The position numbers and the translations under genes were made by a program. Under the pieces are notes generated by a model. That model did not search any database. It was not told the DNA's origin and saw only the letters and a list, made by a program, of their open reading frames with translations. Positions 20,789 through 29,660 of a stretch of 64,000 nucleotides of DNA are shown in pieces (position 1 is the stretch's first letter; every line of letters starts with the position of its first letter). Location of the stretch: NCBI GenBank assembly GCA_041742135.1, contig JBGSJG010000008.1, positions 162,902-226,901 on the forward strand. Reading direction: 5' to 3'. The stretch comes from Patescibacteria group bacterium. Its GTDB lineage: Bacteria; Patescibacteriota; Microgenomatia; UBA8517.

Positions 20789-23700
20789 ATGGCCAATAAG
20801 TTTGTTCATCTTCATCTTCACACGGAATACAGCCTTCTTGATGGGCTGACTAAAATCAAAAAACTCACATCTAAAGTTAAGGAAATGGGTATGGATACGG
20901 TTGCAATAAGCGATCACGGGTCGATGTACGGCGCCATCGAGTTTTATCGCCAGTGCCAGAAGGACGAAGTAAAGCCAATAATTGGAATGGAAGCTTACAC
21001 ATGTTTAAACGACCACAAAGAGCGCCCTGCCAAAGGTGAGAAGTTTCAAAATTACCACTTATTGCTTCTGGCTAAAGACGAAGAGGGGTACAAGAATTTG
21101 ATGAAAATTGCATCAATTGCGCATTTGGAGGGCTATTATTATAGACCCAGAATTAGTAATGAAATTTTGGCTAAATACTCAAAAGGGCTAATCTGTACCT
21201 CAGCTTGCCCAGCTGGCGAGATGGCATCTCATTTGATTGATGGAGATTTTGACGGAGCTCGAAAGACTGCCAAGTGGTTTGTGGACGTTTTTGGTGATGA
21301 TTATTACCTGGAGGTGCAAAGACATAAGTATGACCAGCATATTACACCTCAGATGGATCGGGAACTTCGGGAGGAGCAGGAAAAGATGGTCAAGTATGAA
21401 AAACTGATTAACGAGGGAGTGGTCAAAATTTCCCACGAAATGGGAATTCCGATTGTAGCCACAAACGATGCACATTATCTTAACCGTGAAGACGCAACAG
21501 CTCAGGATGTTTTGGTCTGCGTTGCAACAGGCAAGCAAGTGTCTGACACCAAAAGAATCCGCTTTATTGATACGCCCGAGTATTACGTTAAGTCACCTGA
21601 GGAAATGGCGGAGCTGTTCCCTGATTTGCCGGAAGCGATTAGTAACACCGTGAAAGTTGCCGAAAAATGCAACTTGGAAATTACAACTCTGGGAAAATGG
21701 TTCTTTCCAAAATACGAAGTGCCTGGGGGTGCGCCACCAGATGATTACTTGCGAGAGTTGGCCCACACTCGACTTTTGGAAAAGTTTCCAGAAGCGGGGG
21801 ACTTTGAAAAAGACCGACTTGAGCACGAGCTGGGAATAATTTGCGGCAAAGGCTATGCACCATATTTTCTAATCATGATGGAGATGGTCAACTGGGCGAG
21901 TGATCAGGGCATTGTAACTAACACTAGGGGCTCCGCTGCTGGCTCTTTGGTATCGTTCGTTTTAGGGATAACAACAGTGGACCCGTTAAAATATTATTTG
22001 CCCTTTGAGCGCTTTTTAAACCCTTTCCGCCCTACTCCTCCTGATATTGATTTTGACGTATCAGACGTTCGCCGCGATGAAATCATTCATTATATTGGCG
22101 AGAAGTACGGCCACGACCGCGTGGCTCAAATTTGCACCTTTGGACGAATGCTAGCCCGAGCCGCGGCGCGTGATGTGGCTCGTGTTTTGGGCTACGAATA
22201 CGCAGTCGGGGATAGAATTTCAAAATTAATACCTCCTCCAAAGCAAGGATTCCCTGTAGATGTTCTTAAGGCCTTAAACGAAAGCCCTGAGCTTAAGAAT
22301 CTTTACGATTCTGATCCCGATGCGAAAAAAATCCTCGATCTCGCGCACGAGGTCGAAGGAAGTGCAAGGCATATTTCAGTCCATGCTGCGGGAGTAGTCG
22401 TTGCACCAACTGCACTTACTGATTTTACGCCGATTCAAAAAGATCCTAAGGGGGACAAAATAATTACTCAATATGAGATGCATGCGGCGGAGGATGTGGG
22501 CTTAATAAAGTTCGACGTACTTGGAATAAGAAATTTATCCATTTTGGGTTCATGTGTCGATATAGTCGAACAAACTCGTGGCAATCGTGTAAAACTTCGA
22601 GAGATTCCATTAGACGACAGCAAGACGTACGAAATGCTTGGCCGGGGGGAAACAATGGGTGTTTTTCAGCTTTCCAGTAGCGGCATGACAAAATGGCTGG
22701 TTGAGCTTAAGCCCGAGCGCATTGAAGACTTAATGGCGATGGTGGCACTTTATCGCCCCGGCCCGATGCAGACAATTCCTGAGTATATTGAGCGCAAACG
22801 CGATCCTTCTAAAGTAAAGTTTTTAGATCCCCGAATGGAAAAGTTTTTAGGTGCTTCGTACGGGCTAATTGTGTATCAGGACGATTTGCTGTTTTGCGCA
22901 CTTGATTTGGCGGGCTACACCTGGGAGGAAGCAGATAAGTTTAGAAAAGCTGTTGGTAAAAAAATCCCCGAGGAAATGGCTGCTCAAAAAGAGAAGTTTG
23001 AAACTGGCATTGTAGCTCACGGCCAGACCGTGGAGTTTGCTGAAAAACTCTGGAAGCTTTTTGAGCCCTTCCAGTCATATGGTTTTAACAAAGCACACGC
23101 AGCAAGCTATGGAATGGTCGCCTATCAAACTGCATACATGAAGGCCAATTACCCAGTGGAATATATGGCAGCTTTGATGAGCGCAGAATCGGGAGATTCG
23201 GACAAAATTACAGCAGCGATTTCTGAAAGTAAACGAATGGGGATAACAATTTTGCCTCCAGACATAAACGAAAGCGACATTGGCTTTAAGATTGTCGATG
23301 ACAAAGAATCCCTTGACGGGCGAGCGATTCGTTTCGGTTTTTCTGCAATCAAAAATGTGGGAAACGCCGCGATTGAGGCTATTTTGGCCGCGCGTGGAAG
23401 CCGTCAATTTGGGTCCGTGGCGGATTTCTTTGCACGAGTGGACACCCGAAAGGTAAATAAAAAAGTAGTTGAAAGCTTGGTTAAAGTTGGTGCATTTTCT
23501 TCATATGGAGCTCGTGCAGCACTTTTGAAATCGATGGATGAAATTCGCGCAAAAGTTAAGCCAGCCAACGCAATTGATGGCCAACAGGATTTATTTGCTA
23601 CGGATGACCCCAAAGAAGTTGAGCCTGTGAGTCAGCAGATCATAAAGATTGTCTCTAGCGTTCCCGAGTTTCCCGATCCAGAGCTTGAGGCACTCGAGCG

Positions 23701-24277
23701 AGAACTTCTTGGTTTTTCTCTGTCTGCAAGACCCCTTGAAGAGCTTTTTGGGCCATTAATTGGTTTTAGAACGCACAGGATTGATGAAATTAGTGTTGAT
23801 TCGGTTGGCAAAAGTCCTGTAAAAATCATTGGAGTTGTCGCACAAATTCGAAAAGTTGTTACTAAAAAGACTAGTGCAGAGATGGCATTCATTAGCGTAA
23901 AAGACGAGACCGGCTCCGTAGATGTGGTTATTTTCCCGAAGCTTTATGAAACTGCCAAGACACTTTTGGATAGTGCGGAGGCAGTTTTGATTACAGGCAA
24001 AGTTGACGATCGGGACGATAGCCTTTCGATTTTGGCGGATACCGTAGAAACTGAGGTGGATTTTCGTGATCAAAAGCCGGGGGTTTTTAGCGTGATGATT
24101 CCAAAAGGAGTGAACACCGATACGCTAAAGGAGCTGAAAAATATTCTCGCTGAGAACAAAGGTGATGCTGCGGTGGATTTGGTTTTTGAAGGAAATGGGA
24201 ATTCGCCAATCAAAGTCCCGTTCGGAGTTGCCTGGACCCCTACTCTTTCTGCTACAATAAGCGCTCTTTTACGATAA
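20789..24277 (+). CDS. dnaE: DNA polymerase III alpha subunit
   Basis: PHP N-terminus HLHLHTEYSLLDG, polymerase core and a C-terminal OB domain. 1162 aa. Confidence 0.9.
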   Translation: MANKFVHLHLHTEYSLLDGLTKIKKLTSKVKEMGMDTVAISDHGSMYGAIEFYRQCQKDEVKPIIGMEAYTCLNDHKERPAKGEKFQNYHLLLLAKDEEGYKNLMKIASIAHLEGYYYRPRISNEILAKYSKGLICTSACPAGEMASHLIDGDFDGARKTAKWFVDVFGDDYYLEVQRHKYDQHITPQMDRELREEQEKMVKYEKLINEGVVKISHEMGIPIVATNDAHYLNREDATAQDVLVCVATGKQVSDTKRIRFIDTPEYYVKSPEEMAELFPDLPEAISNTVKVAEKCNLEITTLGKWFFPKYEVPGGAPPDDYLRELAHTRLLEKFPEAGDFEKDRLEHELGIICGKGYAPYFLIMMEMVNWASDQGIVTNTRGSAAGSLVSFVLGITTVDPLKYYLPFERFLNPFRPTPPDIDFDVSDVRRDEIIHYIGEKYGHDRVAQICTFGRMLARAAARDVARVLGYEYAVGDRISKLIPPPKQGFPVDVLKALNESPELKNLYDSDPDAKKILDLAHEVEGSARHISVHAAGVVVAPTALTDFTPIQKDPKGDKIITQYEMHAAEDVGLIKFDVLGIRNLSILGSCVDIVEQTRGNRVKLREIPLDDSKTYEMLGRGETMGVFQLSSSGMTKWLVELKPERIEDLMAMVALYRPGPMQTIPEYIERKRDPSKVKFLDPRMEKFLGASYGLIVYQDDLLFCALDLAGYTWEEADKFRKAVGKKIPEEMAAQKEKFETGIVAHGQTVEFAEKLWKLFEPFQSYGFNKAHAASYGMVAYQTAYMKANYPVEYMAALMSAESGDSDKITAAISESKRMGITILPPDINESDIGFKIVDDKESLDGRAIRFGFSAIKNVGNAAIEAILAARGSRQFGSVADFFARVDTRKVNKKVVESLVKVGAFSSYGARAALLKSMDEIRAKVKPANAIDGQQDLFATDDPKEVEPVSQQIIKIVSSVPEFPDPELEALERELLGFSLSARPLEELFGPLIGFRTHRIDEISVDSVGKSPVKIIGVVAQIRKVVTKKTSAEMAFISVKDETGSVDVVIFPKLYETAKTLLDSAEAVLITGKVDDRDDSLSILADTVETEVDFRDQKPGVFSVMIPKGVNTDTLKELKNILAENKGDAAVDLVFEGNGNSPIKVPFGVAWTPTLSATISALLR

Positions 24278-24281
24278 TACT

Positions 24282-24758
24282 ATGCCAGAGCGTATCAATG
24301 CGGGTGCTGAATTTTCTAGAGTGATGTCTGATGAGTCGTACCGCCAATGGCGCCGATGGTCAGGGGTTGAGGCACGCAACAATGGGCTTCAGGTAGAAAG
24401 AACCTACGATCCAACGAATGGCCTTATCCGAGTCAAAACGGGGCCTATTGGGAGAACCCTGGAAATAGACCCTGTAGATAGCTTGATAGTTGCAAAGATT
24501 GAAATCCCTATAGAAAAGTGGGAGCTTACCAGTTGGATAGAAAGCGGCAAACCATGGTTAAGAATGTTTGTAACGGAAAAAACGCCAAAACCCCAAATAG
24601 CGACTTCTTACGCTCAAATGCATGTTGAGCGCAGCCTTGTATCTCTTACGCTTTTGGGTAATCACAAGATCACCCGTGCGGATTTAGAAGCCATGACTGG
24701 GAGATATGGTTTGATTTACAATGCAGCTCTTAAAATGGATTTTAACCCTGGTTCTTGA
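24282..24758 (+). CDS. Hypothetical protein (158 aa) immediately downstream of dnaE
   Basis: The ORF begins 4 nt after the dnaE stop. No family recognised. Confidence 0.45.
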   Translation: MPERINAGAEFSRVMSDESYRQWRRWSGVEARNNGLQVERTYDPTNGLIRVKTGPIGRTLEIDPVDSLIVAKIEIPIEKWELTSWIESGKPWLRMFVTEKTPKPQIATSYAQMHVERSLVSLTLLGNHKITRADLEAMTGRYGLIYNAALKMDFNPGS

Positions 24759-24790
24759 GCAAATGAATCAATTCAGATATAATAGCTTCC

Positions 24791-25237
24791 ATGGCATTGA
24801 CCGCAACAATTAAAGAAACTAATTTTGGTGTTGGCGACGTTGTTCGCGTCTTCACTATAATCCCTGATAAGTCCGCTGAAGAGAAGGGCTCTCGTACTCA
24901 ATTTTTTGAAGGAACTGTGATTGGAATTGGGGGAGACGGTATGGGTAAAAGTTTTACTGTTCGAAGAATTGGTGAGCAGAAAGTTGGGATCGAGCAAATT
25001 TTTCCAGTTGCTTCTCCTTTAATTGAAAAGATTGAAATAATTCGAGCTGGCAAGCGTGGTGTGAGGCAGGCAAAGCTTTACTACATCCGAAGCAAAGCTA
25101 ATCGTGAAATTGAAAAGATCTATACCCGCGCGCGCGTTCGTGAGGCTTCCATAGCAAATAAAACTACTCCTAAAGCTAAAAAAGCCGTTAAGAAGGTAGT
25201 TAAAAAAACTTCAAAGAAAGCTTCTAAGTCGAAATAG
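24791..25237 (+). CDS. rplS: 50S ribosomal protein L19 with Lys-rich C-terminal tail
   Basis: GDVVRVFTIIPDKSAEEKGSRTQFFEGTVIGIGGDG...TVRRIGEQKVGIEQIFPVASPLIEKIEIIRAGKRGVRQAKLYYIR matches L19. Confidence 0.8.
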   Translation: MALTATIKETNFGVGDVVRVFTIIPDKSAEEKGSRTQFFEGTVIGIGGDGMGKSFTVRRIGEQKVGIEQIFPVASPLIEKIEIIRAGKRGVRQAKLYYIRSKANREIEKIYTRARVREASIANKTTPKAKKAVKKVVKKTSKKASKSK

Positions 25238-25239
25238 GC

Positions 25240-25267
25240 TTGCTTCTTTTTTTATTCGGGTTATGAT
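25240..25267 (+). promoter_or_regulatory. Candidate ruvC promoter (-35 TTGCTT, -10 TATGAT) with TTCGGGTT motif in spacer
   Basis: TTCGGGTT at 25255-25262, about 15 nt upstream of the ruvC ATG. The same 8-mer occurs in the lexA and uvrA promoters. Confidence 0.35.
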
Positions 25268-25276
25268 GAATGTAGA

Positions 25277-25777
25277 ATGATTGTACTCGGGATTGATCCC
25301 GGAACCGCCACTACGGGATATTCGATCCTTGAAGTCAATGGACACGGGCTAATTCCTTTGGAATTTGATCTTATCGAAACGGCCAAAACCTTCACCCACG
25401 CCGAAAGGTTAAGCATGATTTATGATCACACTAAAGAGATTATTCGCGTCAATCATCCTGATGTAATGGCTATCGAGAAAATCTTCTTTTCAAATAACGC
25501 AAAAACTGCAATATCTGTTGGCCAGGCACAGGGAGTGATGTTTTTGGCTGCGGCTGATTTTAAGCTTCCCATTGCAGAATACGCTCCGGGGACGATTAAG
25601 AAAATTGTATCGGGCAACGGGCGCGCAGATAAAAAAGAAGTACAACGTGCGCTAAGAGAAATTTTTGGCGCCAAGGTGAGAAGCAAGGCTAAAAAGAAGA
25701 CTCATTTCGACAACGCGGCAGACGCCTTAGCGGTGGCCTATTGCCATGTTATGATTACTCACAATGCGCAGGCGTAA
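25277..25777 (+). CDS. ruvC: Holliday junction resolvase RuvC
   Basis: MIVLGIDPGTATTGYSILE..., AIEKIFF and DNAADALAVAYCH catalytic acidic residues. Confidence 0.85.
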   Translation: MIVLGIDPGTATTGYSILEVNGHGLIPLEFDLIETAKTFTHAERLSMIYDHTKEIIRVNHPDVMAIEKIFFSNNAKTAISVGQAQGVMFLAAADFKLPIAEYAPGTIKKIVSGNGRADKKEVQRALREIFGAKVRSKAKKKTHFDNAADALAVAYCHVMITHNAQA

Positions 25778-26165
25778 AGCTCACGCTCCAATCAAATGGG
25801 AAAGGGCAGACGATATCAAGCTAGAAGTAAATCGTCTGGTCAAGAAAATAAAGCTCGACTGGATAGATTTAGATAAAGTTTATTGCGTCCGCTCTGTAAA
25901 CTCCACCGCTCGTGCATATGCCCGAATCTGGGGAATGGGTAGAATCTGGCAAGAGACCATAGGCGTGCCGCCGGTTTACTGTATTGAAGTAATCTCTGAA
26001 AAGTTCGACCATCTTCCCGAGCACAAAAAAATAGAAGTATTATTTCACGAGCTGGCACATATACCAAAAAACTTTTCTGGGGCGCTTTTGCCTCACACCC
26101 ACCACAGCGTGGGCAGCTTTCACGACAAGCTCAAAAATTTTCTAAACGCGTATAAAAAAGCTTAG
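25764..26165 (+). CDS. HExxH-motif protein, putative SprT/DUF45-like zinc metallopeptidase
   Basis: HELAHIPKNFSG near the C-terminus; 133 aa, basic. Overlaps the ruvC end by 14 nt. Confidence 0.4.
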   Translation: MRRRKAHAPIKWERADDIKLEVNRLVKKIKLDWIDLDKVYCVRSVNSTARAYARIWGMGRIWQETIGVPPVYCIEVISEKFDHLPEHKKIEVLFHELAHIPKNFSGALLPHTHHSVGSFHDKLKNFLNAYKKA

Positions 26166-26166
26166 T

Positions 26167-26838
26167 ATGAAAATAGTTGTTGTCTACGGTGAAGATGAGG
26201 CGAAGGCGCGAGAGCGCTATTCTCAAATTATTTCAGCTGTTAAGAAAAAAAATTGGCAGGTAGCCGATGTTTCCACGGTTGGTAAATTTAGCCTTCCCGA
26301 GCGAATTTCTTCAATGACCTTGTTTGGTGACAACACATTGTTTACTCTTGATAGCGTCAAAAAGCTCACGCCAACCGAGATCAAGTGGCTTGCCAAAAAT
26401 TTTGATAAATACGAGGGAAGTTTGTTGATTTTTCAAAAAGGAACACTGCCTGCTGATATTAAAAAAGAATTTCCAAAAAGTACAACTTACGAGCAATTTG
26501 AAGTTCCTAAAATAATTTTTATCTTTCTAGAGTCATTTTATCCTGGCAACGCTCAAACTTGCTTAAAGCTTTTGGACAAATTTTTAAATGAAGCTGCGCC
26601 TGAAGCGGTTGTTGCAACGTTGGGCAGACATTTGCGAGATTTATATTGGGTTCGCGTGGGTGGCCTCGAGCTTCCCGCTTGGCGGCTGGGAAAGCTTAAA
26701 AATCAAAGCCAAAAGTTTACAAAGGAGATCTTGGAGGATACAATTAACGCACTGAGTGACATTGATATTGGTAGCAAAACAAGTAGTGTGAATACAAGAT
26801 TTTTACTGGAGCTTTTAATAATCGAAAAACTGGGATGA
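26167..26838 (+). CDS. Possible DNA polymerase III delta subunit (HolA-like), short form
   Basis: 223 aa with weak resemblance to the HolA N/C regions, in a replication-gene context (dnaE, ruvC). Low confidence. Confidence 0.35.
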   Translation: MKIVVVYGEDEAKARERYSQIISAVKKKNWQVADVSTVGKFSLPERISSMTLFGDNTLFTLDSVKKLTPTEIKWLAKNFDKYEGSLLIFQKGTLPADIKKEFPKSTTYEQFEVPKIIFIFLESFYPGNAQTCLKLLDKFLNEAAPEAVVATLGRHLRDLYWVRVGGLELPAWRLGKLKNQSQKFTKEILEDTINALSDIDIGSKTSSVNTRFLLELLIIEKLG

Positions 26839-28259
26839 ATATAGTACAAATTGATCCTTCGATATTTCGAGGTTACGACATTCGAGGGCTAGTTGGTGAA
26901 CAATTAAGTGAAGACGCGATTTACACAATCGGGAAAGCCTACGCTACATTTTTATACGGCAGGCAAATACGAGAATGTGTGGTGGGGCGAGATATTCGTG
27001 AAACTTCTCCGGCTTACCAAAAAGTTTTTATGGAGGCGCTGCTTGAGTCTGGTGTGGATGTAATCGACATTGGCATGACTCTGACCCAGATCATGTATTT
27101 TGCGCAGTATCATTATCTGTCTAAGGGCGGGACCATCATAACCGCATCGCACAATCCTAAAGAGTTTAACGGCTTGAAGTTGGCTGTTGGCTTTTCAGAT
27201 ACTTTGGTCACTCAAGAAATCGCTGAGCTTCGAGAAATTGCCAATTCTGGAAACTTCAAGACTTGGGGAGAAAAAGGAAATTACCGTGAAGATGACGTTT
27301 TTCCAGCTTACAAAGCGGACTTGTTTAAAAGGGCACGTATTCACGATTCAGGATTAAAAGTTGTCGTTGATTCGCTTAATGCCACAACTGGAAAGTTCTT
27401 GCCAGAAATTTTGCGTGAGGCGGGGTGCGATGTAGTTGAGCAAAATACAAATTTGGATCCAAGCTTCCCCCTTGGAACTCCAGATCCAACAGAGAAAGAG
27501 GTTCTTGATCGCTTGGCCAAGCGAGTAAAGGAAGAAGGGGCAGTTTTGGGATTAGCTTATGACTCAGATGGCGATCGCGTTGGGTTTGTGGACGAAGATG
27601 GTAGTCCAGTTTGGAACGATGTGTTAGTGGCGCTCTTTGCCAAAGACATTCTTCATTATCTCCCAGGAGCCCCGATTGTTTACAACGCATTATGCTCAAA
27701 AGCTGCTTCTGATTCTATAGCAGATGCTGGTGGAAATGGGATTATGTGTATGGTTGGCCACAGTTTTGTGAAGGCAAAAGTGAAAGAAGTGCGTGCGCCT
27801 TTTGGAGGAGAGCTGTCCGGCCACTTTTTCTTCATGGATAATTTCTACGGCCATGACGACGGTGCTTATGCAACTCTCAGGCTTCTGCAATTTTTAAAGC
27901 GGACCGGAAAATCGCTTAAGCAGGCAGCCAGCGAGATGCCACAGTATGTTTCAAGTCCGGAAATTAAATTGGGTCTAGCTGATGATCTTAAGTTCAAGCT
28001 TATCTCCGAAGAAATCTCAAAAGACATCAAAGAGTTAATGCCAAGCGCAGAGTATACCGATATTGATGGTTTTCGTGCTGACACAAAAGATGAAATGGTA
28101 ATTGTTCGCGCCAGCCAAAACGGGCCTTACATCACCATTAAATTTGAAGGCCGCAGTCAAGAGCAGTATGACACTCTTAAAGTTGGGATCAAAAAATTGC
28201 TCCAAAAATACAATCAAATTGATTGGAGCCAGGGAGTAAATATTCATGGATTTGAATAA
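26835..28259 (+). CDS. Phosphoglucomutase/phosphomannomutase
   Basis: TASHNPKEFNGLK active-site serine loop and a four-domain alpha-D-phosphohexomutase layout. Confidence 0.85.
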   Translation: MNIVQIDPSIFRGYDIRGLVGEQLSEDAIYTIGKAYATFLYGRQIRECVVGRDIRETSPAYQKVFMEALLESGVDVIDIGMTLTQIMYFAQYHYLSKGGTIITASHNPKEFNGLKLAVGFSDTLVTQEIAELREIANSGNFKTWGEKGNYREDDVFPAYKADLFKRARIHDSGLKVVVDSLNATTGKFLPEILREAGCDVVEQNTNLDPSFPLGTPDPTEKEVLDRLAKRVKEEGAVLGLAYDSDGDRVGFVDEDGSPVWNDVLVALFAKDILHYLPGAPIVYNALCSKAASDSIADAGGNGIMCMVGHSFVKAKVKEVRAPFGGELSGHFFFMDNFYGHDDGAYATLRLLQFLKRTGKSLKQAASEMPQYVSSPEIKLGLADDLKFKLISEEISKDIKELMPSAEYTDIDGFRADTKDEMVIVRASQNGPYITIKFEGRSQEQYDTLKVGIKKLLQKYNQIDWSQGVNIHGFE

Positions 28260-29259
28260 AGACGTACTCGATACAGTAAATTTTCTACCTGATCAGTTTT
28301 GGGAAGCGTGGGAGCAGTCTCGAAAAGTTAATCTTCCAGAAAATTATAAAAACTTCAAACGAGTTTTAGTTTGCGGTATGGGAGGCTCAGCCTTGGGAGG
28401 CCGTGTGGTTAAAGCTTACGCAGCCGATAAATCAAACGCCTGCATTGACGTTCTCACGGATTACAACTTACCCAAGTATGTAGACGGCGAGACACTCGTC
28501 ATCTTATCAAGCTATTCGGGAAACACCGAAGAAACGGTTAGTTGTGCGCATGAGGCACTCTCAAAGCATGTCCCTGTGTATTTTGTAGCAGCTGGCGGAA
28601 AATTGGCAGATCTTGCCGAGGCGAATAACCTCCCCATTTATAAAATTGATCCGCATTTTAATCCGTCCGGACAGCCTCGGATGGCTGTTGGCTACTCGAT
28701 AGGTGCGATTTTCGGCGTGATGGCGCGTGTCGGAGCTATCACTGAGACCGATGAGGAGATTGTGGCGGTTGTTGATTTTATCAAGAGCAATCAGCCGAGC
28801 ATTAAATCCCGAGCTGAAGATTTGGCAAAAAACATACAGGGCAAGTTGCCAATTTTGGTGACCAGCTCGTTTTTGTCAGGCGCGGCACACGTTTTTAAAA
28901 ACCAGATTAACGAATCAGCCAAAAGTTTTTCTATGAGCTTTGAGTTACCCGAGCTTAACCATCACTTGATGGAAGGCCTAAAAAATCCGAGTGAAGCCAC
29001 TTCAAAACTCCTTTTTATTTTTTTTGAGTCAGCACTTTATGCCGAACGCATTCAAAAGCGCTATCCTCTGACGCGCGAGGTTGTCGAGAAAAATAATGTG
29101 GCGACTTACGAAGCTCATCTTGAAGGAACGAGTGAGTTGGCGCAGGTATTTGAACTTCTACAGCTTGGAAGCTACACCCAAGCGATGCTTGGAAGTTTAT
29201 ATGGGGAAGATCCAATTGCAATTCCTTGGGTAGATTATTTCAAAGAGAAGCTCGCTTAG
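28246..29259 (+). CDS. Bifunctional phosphoglucose/phosphomannose isomerase (SIS-domain PGI/PMI)
   Basis: VLVCGMGGSALGGRV and a second SIS half. The size, about 337 aa, is typical of archaeal-type PGI/PMI. Confidence 0.7.
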   Translation: MDLNKDVLDTVNFLPDQFWEAWEQSRKVNLPENYKNFKRVLVCGMGGSALGGRVVKAYAADKSNACIDVLTDYNLPKYVDGETLVILSSYSGNTEETVSCAHEALSKHVPVYFVAAGGKLADLAEANNLPIYKIDPHFNPSGQPRMAVGYSIGAIFGVMARVGAITETDEEIVAVVDFIKSNQPSIKSRAEDLAKNIQGKLPILVTSSFLSGAAHVFKNQINESAKSFSMSFELPELNHHLMEGLKNPSEATSKLLFIFFESALYAERIQKRYPLTREVVEKNNVATYEAHLEGTSELAQVFELLQLGSYTQAMLGSLYGEDPIAIPWVDYFKEKLA

Positions 29260-29614
29260 CGATTTTTGAAAAATAAGCTTTGTAATAATCCAAATCTTCA
29301 CTTTTAACTATTCCGTCTTTAAAGTCTTTATAAAATTTAACCGCTGAAACAACTGATGCCGAGGCCAAACTGATGTCTTTTGGTGAAAGTGTTTTTGAGA
29401 ATTGGCTGAATGAGAGTTTAACATCCAAACTTGCTAGCTTTTTGTCGTCAAGGTCTTTTTGCGTGACGCTTGTGCTGACAATTGCTTTTTCTGAAGCTAC
29501 TTGAAAAGTTAACAGTTTTTTAAAGCTGTTAGTTTTTATTGACAGCTTCATATGCGCCTTGCCAAGCTCATTTTTGAGAAAGTCAGAATATAGTTTGTCT
29601 AGCTTGTTTGCCAT
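29240..29614 (-). CDS. Hypothetical small protein
   Basis: 124-aa ORF in the gap between the PGI/PMI and ppsA genes. Lys-rich, no family. Confidence 0.3.
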   Translation of the reverse strand: MANKLDKLYSDFLKNELGKAHMKLSIKTNSFKKLLTFQVASEKAIVSTSVTQKDLDDKKLASLDVKLSFSQFSKTLSPKDISLASASVVSAVKFYKDFKDGIVKSEDLDYYKAYFSKIAKRASL

Positions 29615-29660
29615 AGGTGTATTTTACATACAAATCAACTTCTTGCCATATGTGGTTTAA

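Noticed and set aside
21200-24073. Numerous 60-110 aa antisense/alternate-frame ORFs inside dnaE and other large genes (for example 21200..21538, 23075..23407, 23756..24073)
   Set aside because: They are fully embedded in a strongly supported long CDS on the other strand or frame. They are typical shadow ORFs.
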